Source: Tequatrovirus NIC06P2. Taken from it: a stretch of 64,000 nucleotides of DNA. Positions 58,867 through 64,000 of the stretch are shown here, in pieces (position 1 is the first letter of the stretch; every line of letters begins with the position of its first letter). Below the pieces are notes generated by a model that worked only from the letters and a program-made list of their open reading frames with translations, made no database searches and had not been told where the DNA came from. Location of the stretch: sequence record OZ035760.1; one strand, written 5' to 3'. Made by a program: the position numbers and the translations under genes.

Positions 58867-59181
58867 CTAAAAGAAACTTCTTTCACAATTTTTTCCACTG
58901 AACCAAGCGCTCACTGCTTTCTTAGTCTCAGGAGCAGTGTTATCCATAAACCATTCAAAGGCAGCCTTTTTATGATTCTGGAGGGCTTCTCGGGCTTTAA
59001 TCTGCTCACGGTCTATTAACACTAACATATGAGCCTTTCTTGTCACCATGGGCTTCTTATGATTTTTTGAATATTCCCAATCATTTGTCCATCGCATCGT
59101 TGTTGCGAATTGAAGTACAGCTTCTTTAATTTTAGTTTCGTAAATTTCACGAGCCTTTGAGTATAACATCATTACCTCCAT
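58867..59181 (-). CDS. hypothetical protein (104 aa)
   Basis: ORF in track. Confidence 0.5.
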   Translation of the reverse strand: MEVMMLYSKAREIYETKIKEAVLQFATTMRWTNDWEYSKNHKKPMVTRKAHMLVLIDREQIKAREALQNHKKAAFEWFMDNTAPETKKAVSAWFSGKNCERSFF

Positions 59182-59251
59182 TTACCAGTTTAATTCTAGT
59201 CATCTTTTTAATGGCAGTCCATATAATCTATTTCTGAACTGCCTTTTTGTC

Positions 59252-59971
59252 TTAGGATTCTTCTAAATGTCTTTTCTGAAAAGTTGATACCATACTACGA
59301 TACGGTTCATTTGGATATCCGTGTTTTATAGCTTCCTTTGTAAATTTTCTCCATCCATATTTAGTTTCTTTCCAAAGCTCGAATAATTCATCTTCATACT
59401 GCCATATAGTTAAATGAGAACGCTTTGCAGCTTTAATTCCATTAATATGCTTTTCTTTTACTGTAGGATTGCTTAGTTTCTTTTTAATAATATTACTAAC
59501 TTTTCTAACAAAAACTGGGTCCTTATATCGTTGCGAAGTTTTTATTGAAGTGTTTAATTTAGCTTCCGGCGTGGATGTGACCTCTTTCATCTTTTTCTTC
59601 ATATGCTGTATATGATTAGGATTTTTCCATAAATTTATAGAATGCTTTTTGCATTTTATCCTAGTTTCATCTGCAACCTTTCCTCCTTCACCCCCGTATG
59701 ACAGGTTAACACAGTTTTTTCCATATTTCAATTTACCTGCCATGATATATAATATTTCAGCTTGTACCATTTTATCATAATTATCAAAAACTTCTAAAAC
59801 CGTTTTTGATAATATGTGGTCATTTGACACTTTTACACGTTCTATATAATTTCCACTACCAACATACGAATCATTGATGTTATTAGTTATATGTCGACCA
59901 TAATAGTATTTCTTAATACCTGTCTTTAAATTTAATATTTCAGTTTTATAGATAGTAAAATATTTTTTCAT
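59252..59971 (-). CDS. putative GIY-YIG family endonuclease (Seg-like)
   Basis: N-terminal FTIYKTEILNLKTGIKKYYYGRH ... YVGSG ... NLSYGG resembles the GIY-YIG core; basic repeat-rich C-terminus; C-terminal GYPNEPYRSMVSTF module shared with HNH ORF 23091..23927. Confidence 0.5.
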   Translation of the reverse strand: MKKYFTIYKTEILNLKTGIKKYYYGRHITNNINDSYVGSGNYIERVKVSNDHILSKTVLEVFDNYDKMVQAEILYIMAGKLKYGKNCVNLSYGGEGGKVADETRIKCKKHSINLWKNPNHIQHMKKKMKEVTSTPEAKLNTSIKTSQRYKDPVFVRKVSNIIKKKLSNPTVKEKHINGIKAAKRSHLTIWQYEDELFELWKETKYGWRKFTKEAIKHGYPNEPYRSMVSTFQKRHLEES

Positions 59972-60954
59972 TTTAATAATACCGTTTCAGCAATTTCTTC
60001 CCAATGGTTTTTGTCGGTCATAATAAAGTCAGCAAGATAAAGAGCAGTACGCAGTGAAACATTGCGTAAACGATTAACATTGACTTTCATCCATGATAAT
60101 GCTTTATAAGTTTCTTCATCAGAAAGACCGCGCTTTTGCATCATGTCGGTTGAAAGAATAACATCTTCAACCCTGACCATAATTTCTTCATTAGTGTGAA
60201 CACCCAAATCCAAATAAACTGAGCGGGACACTAATGCTTGTAAATGTGGAGCAAGTTTAGTACCACGGTCTAATTCGCGGTCAATATCAACGTTTGTGAT
60301 AAAAACAATCGTTCCTTTAAATTCAAACTCACGCTCAATGCCTTTTTCTTCTAAGTAAGAAGATGCAGTGCTCCAGCAGACTTTACGGGTCTCTCCAGTG
60401 TCCAGAGCAGCTTTCAGAAGATTAAGAATGTCCATATCAGAGAAAACATCCACATCATCAATCAAAAGGACAGAATTCTCTTCACGATTATTCCAAAGCT
60501 GTTCATAAAGACCGATACCAGAGATTTTACCATTAATGCTTTTATACTCAATGTATCCAATATCATTTGCTTTATTCAAAGCTTTATCTAAAGAATACGT
60601 TTTACCAATACCTGCTGCTCCCGAGATAATTAATGAACGAATGTTTCCGTTAATAATACCATTCGTCATCATTCCCATAACATTAAATCTTTTATTAATG
60701 CGGGTTTTCATATCTTCATATGATTCTTTAACTTCTTCAACTTTTACACCATCATATGAAATGTCTGATTTGTAAACCCAAACACCGCGACGCTTACCGT
60801 CAATTTCAACAAAAACTTTACCATCTCCTTGTGCATCTACCGGAGCATTATCTGGGAACCATTCACCTAAGAGCTCAAAAGTTCCAGAGATTTCTTTACC
60901 GAAGTAGATACCCTTATTGATAGTTACAGTTTTCATTTTATTCTCCAATCTCAC
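59968..60954 (-). CDS. P-loop NTPase, AAA-like (328 aa)
   Basis: Walker A GAAGIGKT, Walker B LLIDDVD, putative sensor FITN; ATGA overlap with downstream endonuclease gene. Confidence 0.6.
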   Translation of the reverse strand: MRLENKMKTVTINKGIYFGKEISGTFELLGEWFPDNAPVDAQGDGKVFVEIDGKRRGVWVYKSDISYDGVKVEEVKESYEDMKTRINKRFNVMGMMTNGIINGNIRSLIISGAAGIGKTYSLDKALNKANDIGYIEYKSINGKISGIGLYEQLWNNREENSVLLIDDVDVFSDMDILNLLKAALDTGETRKVCWSTASSYLEEKGIEREFEFKGTIVFITNVDIDRELDRGTKLAPHLQALVSRSVYLDLGVHTNEEIMVRVEDVILSTDMMQKRGLSDEETYKALSWMKVNVNRLRNVSLRTALYLADFIMTDKNHWEEIAETVLLK

Positions 60955-60971
60955 ATTTGTTTTGATAGGGT

Positions 60972-61002
60972 AATAGTATCACACTACTACCCTTCTGTAA
61001 AC
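60972..61002 (-). promoter_or_regulatory. T4-type early promoter upstream of the P-loop NTPase gene
   Basis: reverse complement TGTTTACAGAAGGGTAGTAGTGTGATACTATTACCCTATCAAAAC. Confidence 0.5.
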
Positions 61003-61005
61003 AAT

Positions 61006-61269
61006 TTATTTTAACGTTCGCCAAATTTTTACTGCTTCACGGCGAGATACTTCTACAGCTCCAAGTTCTACAGCTTTTTGGCGTCGGCGAGCGTGTAAGT
61101 CATAATGTTTAATGCGTTTATCTTGAAACCAAGAACGTTTCATTCCTATTGCTTCTGCCATTTCATGAAGCTCTTCAATATCTCCATCAGTGAACATATG
61201 ACAATTTTTAGTTGGATGACCGCGAAGTTTCCATCCATGATTCATTAAAACATCTACGTAAACTGTCAT
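61006..61269 (-). CDS. DUF4031-like small protein (87 aa)
   Basis: MTVYVD...HMFTDGDIEELHEMAEAIGMKRSWFQDKRIKHYDLHARRRQKAVELGA pattern typical of DUF4031 from memory. Confidence 0.55.
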   Translation of the reverse strand: MTVYVDVLMNHGWKLRGHPTKNCHMFTDGDIEELHEMAEAIGMKRSWFQDKRIKHYDLHARRRQKAVELGAVEVSRREAVKIWRTLK

Positions 61270-61415
61270 TGATTCTTCTCCAAATAAGTTTCGATAATTT
61301 TCTGAGCGAGATAAACTGCATTATCTTCAGTTGCATCTTCTAAGAAACTTTCAAAACACTCTGAAATTTCTTCTGTGTCAATCAACTTTTTTACTTCAAT
61401 TGGTGTAATTTTCAT
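61266..61415 (-). CDS. hypothetical small acidic protein (49 aa)
   Basis: internal ATG downstream of promoter 61447..61477; ORF-track version overlaps the promoter. Confidence 0.35.
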   Translation of the reverse strand: MKITPIEVKKLIDTEEISECFESFLEDATEDNAVYLAQKIIETYLEKNQ

Positions 61416-61446
61416 TTTTCCGTTTAAGGGTTTGTTTTGATAGTTG

Positions 61447-61477
61447 TATAGTACCATAAAGCTTTATGCTTGTAAAC
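61447..61477 (-). promoter_or_regulatory. T4-type early promoter
   Basis: reverse complement GGTTTACAAGCATAAAGCTTTATGGTACTATACAACTATCAAAAC. Confidence 0.55.
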
Positions 61478-61508
61478 CATTTTGTGAAAAATTTTTGAAA
61501 TAAAAAAA

Positions 61509-61528
61509 AGGGAGCCCGAAGGCTCCCT
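61509..61528 (-). terminator. strong intrinsic terminator (GGGAGCC-UUCG-GGCUCCC plus U8) ending the nucleotidyltransferase operon
   Basis: minus RNA AUGAUAGGGAGCCUUCGGGCUCCCUUUUUUUUA. Confidence 0.75.
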
Positions 61529-61529
61529 A

Positions 61530-62543
61530 TCATTTATAATAACTTCGGTGGTTTTCAAGATAGACCTTCTCAAGGAAGTCATCCCAGAAACCCATGTCTA
61601 CTTTTTGCTGCATACCGTTCTTAGAAGCTTCAGTAGATGCTGCTTCTACTTGATCGACCACATCTTCCAAAAACTCTTGAACCGTTTTAAATGGATGTTT
61701 ACCCAACTTCACGTCGAGAATAAATGGAGCGTCTTGAAGTGGATAAACCAAGTCACCAGTTTTGTAAATTTCCAATAGTTGAAGTCCACCACGACAAGCA
61801 TGGCTCAGAGCTTTCCAGTCAATGCCTTCGTTGGCTTCGGCCTTACGAGCACGTTCACCGTATTCAGCATCTAATTTGTTCAGTGACTGCTTAAGCTCAA
61901 TAAGAGAAAGCGTTGTCTGATATTTACGACCCAACACAGTGTAGAACGTTTGTGGGCCTGTTTTCTCATGATTATGGAACACCCATTCACAGAATTCGTT
62001 TTCTGGAAGACGATGCTTAATATCTTCAACTTTAGTACGACGCTGCTTAATGGAACCGTCTTCTTGGTAATCAACCCATTGCTCAGGGATTTGATTAACT
62101 ACTTTCAATACATCACGTAATGCAGCCAAACGAGAACCCTTGACACCGTATTTAGAAGCTTGCTTGCGGACATATCCTAAATATGATTTCATGTTAGTCG
62201 TATAAAAACGAGAACGGTTGTCTTGAATAAACTTCCACACATCAGGCAAATCAGATTTAACCACTAGTTCAGGTGGAGTATGAAGCATATCCAATGCTAC
62301 AGTTTCACCATCTGCTGCTAATTTAAAGAAATATTTAAGACTGTATAGTTCATGGTCAATATCATCTTTAGTGTTTTTAGATGATGTGTTGTTAGTGTTT
62401 TTACTCATGTGCTCTTTAACATTTCCAATAAGAATATCACGAGCAGGAGGAACAAAGATTTCTTTAAAATCTACATCAGATTCTGGAGTAGAAGTTCCAT
62501 AAAGATGACTACCAAAATAGCTTTTCATTACTGTTTTCATCAT
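61530..62543 (-). CDS. Pol-beta superfamily nucleotidyltransferase-fold protein (337 aa)
   Basis: N-terminal signature SYFGSHLYGTSTPESDVDF (hG[GS]x10DhDh); ATGA overlap with upstream membrane protein gene. Confidence 0.6.
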   Translation of the reverse strand: MMKTVMKSYFGSHLYGTSTPESDVDFKEIFVPPARDILIGNVKEHMSKNTNNTSSKNTKDDIDHELYSLKYFFKLAADGETVALDMLHTPPELVVKSDLPDVWKFIQDNRSRFYTTNMKSYLGYVRKQASKYGVKGSRLAALRDVLKVVNQIPEQWVDYQEDGSIKQRRTKVEDIKHRLPENEFCEWVFHNHEKTGPQTFYTVLGRKYQTTLSLIELKQSLNKLDAEYGERARKAEANEGIDWKALSHACRGGLQLLEIYKTGDLVYPLQDAPFILDVKLGKHPFKTVQEFLEDVVDQVEAASTEASKNGMQQKVDMGFWDDFLEKVYLENHRSYYK

Positions 62544-63001
62544 TCAGCCTTATATTCAATAACAGGACATACTTTAGCTTTACGAGCTTTTAAAAATTCG
62601 ACGATAATCGATTTCTTGGGTTGAATAGGAGGTAAACCTTTATACGCCCTATCAATATTTTCTACATGTAAAGCATAATCCTTTTTCCATTTATAATCTT
62701 TATATTTTTCATGCAGTTGTGCAGGAATAACAAATGAACCGATAATAAGTAAAACAAGCAAAATGGCAAGTATAAATGCTGATGGAATAAGAGTCCATAA
62801 ACTACCAAAAATAAGCCATTTCTGTATGATTTCTGCGCAGATGATAGTTAGACCTACGAGTATAATACATCCGAAAAAAGAAACGAAAAATGTAGGGATA
62901 ACAATAGACCAAAAGTATGCGCATAGTGTCTTAGGTCGTTGCCATTCATCGTTAAACAATTTGAATAATTTATAGTGCCAAGAGTTTTCATTAATAATCA
63001 T
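62540..63001 (-). CDS. multi-pass membrane protein (153 aa)
   Basis: three hydrophobic segments (IVIPTFFVSFFGCIILVGLTIICAEII, LIFGSLWTLIPSAFILAILLVLLIIGSFVI); overlaps the nucleotidyltransferase start. Confidence 0.6.
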   Translation of the reverse strand: MIINENSWHYKLFKLFNDEWQRPKTLCAYFWSIVIPTFFVSFFGCIILVGLTIICAEIIQKWLIFGSLWTLIPSAFILAILLVLLIIGSFVIPAQLHEKYKDYKWKKDYALHVENIDRAYKGLPPIQPKKSIIVEFLKARKAKVCPVIEYKAE

Positions 63002-63003
63002 AA

Positions 63004-63525
63004 TTATCCTTTCATTGAAGGCGTAACGGTTGTTAAATACTTAATCATAGCTTCAGCTTCTGATTTTGATAATGAAATTTCTCCATTGTTTTGACGAATA
63101 GAAATAAAATCCGGATGACGGTCACCACCAGCTTTTAAAACACACATATAAGTATCAACTTCGCCTTCAATATTTGAAATGCTTGAAGCAGTTCCACATG
63201 AATGCGGTTTTTGATAAATCAATACAGCTTTTCTTCCACCGTTTGACTGTTCATAGGCTTTTAATACATCAAACAAATCAGTTCTTTTATCAATAGCTAA
63301 AATGTTATTTTCATCTTCAATGTTAAATCCTTCGGATACTTCATAAAGTGTCACCCATAAATCGCCAATATCAATAACAGCGTTCACTTTTCCATGACTT
63401 TCAAGAGCATGACAAATTTTCTTGATTTCGTCATAACTCATTTTAATAATATCATCTCCTTGAATAAGGAAGATGTCATTTTTAAATTCAACGCGAATTA
63501 AACCACTTCCACTTGAAATAAACAT
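63004..63525 (-). CDS. hypothetical protein (173 aa), paralog of next ORF
   Basis: C-terminal ISLSKSEAEAMIKYLTTVTPSMKG resembles VTFTKDEAIALKTYLDSVIPTMISK of ORF 63532..63999. Confidence 0.55.
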   Translation of the reverse strand: MFISSGSGLIRVEFKNDIFLIQGDDIIKMSYDEIKKICHALESHGKVNAVIDIGDLWVTLYEVSEGFNIEDENNILAIDKRTDLFDVLKAYEQSNGGRKAVLIYQKPHSCGTASSISNIEGEVDTYMCVLKAGGDRHPDFISIRQNNGEISLSKSEAEAMIKYLTTVTPSMKG

Positions 63526-63531
63526 ATTTCC

Positions 63532-63999
63532 TCACTTTGAAATCATAGTTGGAATGACAGAATCAAGATAAGTCTTTAGTGCAATAGCTTCGTCTTTGGT
63601 AAATGTGACAATATGTGATCGAAAATCGTCGATTTGGCGAATAGTTAAGACATCTCCCTCTTCATAACATTTTGATACATTTAAAAGAGTTTCATCATTC
63701 TGATTGCAAGCGTTAGTAATAATAGCATTGCAATTTTTGAGCCATTTTAAACTATGTTTTCTTTCATTAGAATAATAAAAATATTTAATCTTAGCTATAA
63801 AACTATCCCAATGGATAACTGATAAACACATTGACTCACTTTTAATATTAAATCCTGGGCATGAAGAATAAAAATGAATTTTGTGCTCATCATTGATGCT
63901 TACTATTTTATCAGTATAAGGATATTCAATTTGGGTTAAATGAATGATTTCACTAGGCGTAAAATATAGCATATCGTCTTCTTGCGTCAAACGATACAT
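63532..63999 (-). CDS. hypothetical protein (155 aa), paralog of previous ORF
   Basis: shared C-terminal motif; ORF may continue beyond the window end. Confidence 0.5.
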   Translation of the reverse strand: MYRLTQEDDMLYFTPSEIIHLTQIEYPYTDKIVSINDEHKIHFYSSCPGFNIKSESMCLSVIHWDSFIAKIKYFYYSNERKHSLKWLKNCNAIITNACNQNDETLLNVSKCYEEGDVLTIRQIDDFRSHIVTFTKDEAIALKTYLDSVIPTMISK

Positions 64000-64000
64000 G

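Noticed and set aside
1-64000. CRISPR array, tRNA, rRNA or IS/transposon
   Set aside because: The recurring elements are promoters and short hairpins with irregular spacing, not repeat-spacer arrays. No cloverleaf-like tRNA candidates were recognised by eye (the T4 tRNA cluster maps elsewhere). No transposase or terminal inverted repeats were found. A tRNA scan (tRNAscan-SE/ARAGORN) would confirm.

Overview
This window reads as a contiguous segment of a T4-like (Tevenvirinae) coliphage genome, covering the early/middle region from motA-52-ndd-denB-rIIB-rIIA through topoisomerase, dexA, dda, modA/modB, soc, 56, 61, 41, uvsX, 42, 43, the clamp/clamp-loader genes, 46/47, alpha-gt, 55, nrdG/nrdD, 49, nrdC and a distal block of unknown genes. 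Almost every gene lies on the minus strand in a tightly packed array, often with overlapping stop/start codons. Gene calls rest on protein length and N-terminal sequence compared with T4 proteins from memory; no database search was run. Several features resemble T2/T6 more than T4: the topoisomerase large subunit is one 605-aa gene (no gene 60 split, no mobA), nrdD is a single intronless ORF, a GT-A type glycosyltransferase sits where T4 has beta-gt, and no dam-sized gene lies between 56 and 61. The accessory content is four free-standing homing-endonuclease-like genes (two HNH, two GIY-YIG) that share C-terminal modules across families, a tandem array of coiled-coil paralogs, several other tandem paralog pairs, and a distal operon encoding a Pol-beta-type nucleotidyltransferase overlapping a multi-TM membrane protein, next to an AAA-type ATPase and a DUF4031-like protein. 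That distal operon is the best candidate for an undescribed system, but its function is inference only. Regulatory architecture is readable directly: a repeated T4-type early promoter cassette (TTTACA-N17-TAnnAT on the minus strand with a conserved leader and GGAGG Shine-Dalgarno), MotA-box middle promoters, and many GGGCCGAAGCCC-type stem-loops (UUCG tetraloop in the minus-strand RNA) after stop codons. No tRNA, rRNA, CRISPR array or transposon was found. The ORF track accepts TTG/GTG starts, so several known proteins were over-extended at the N-terminus and are corrected here.
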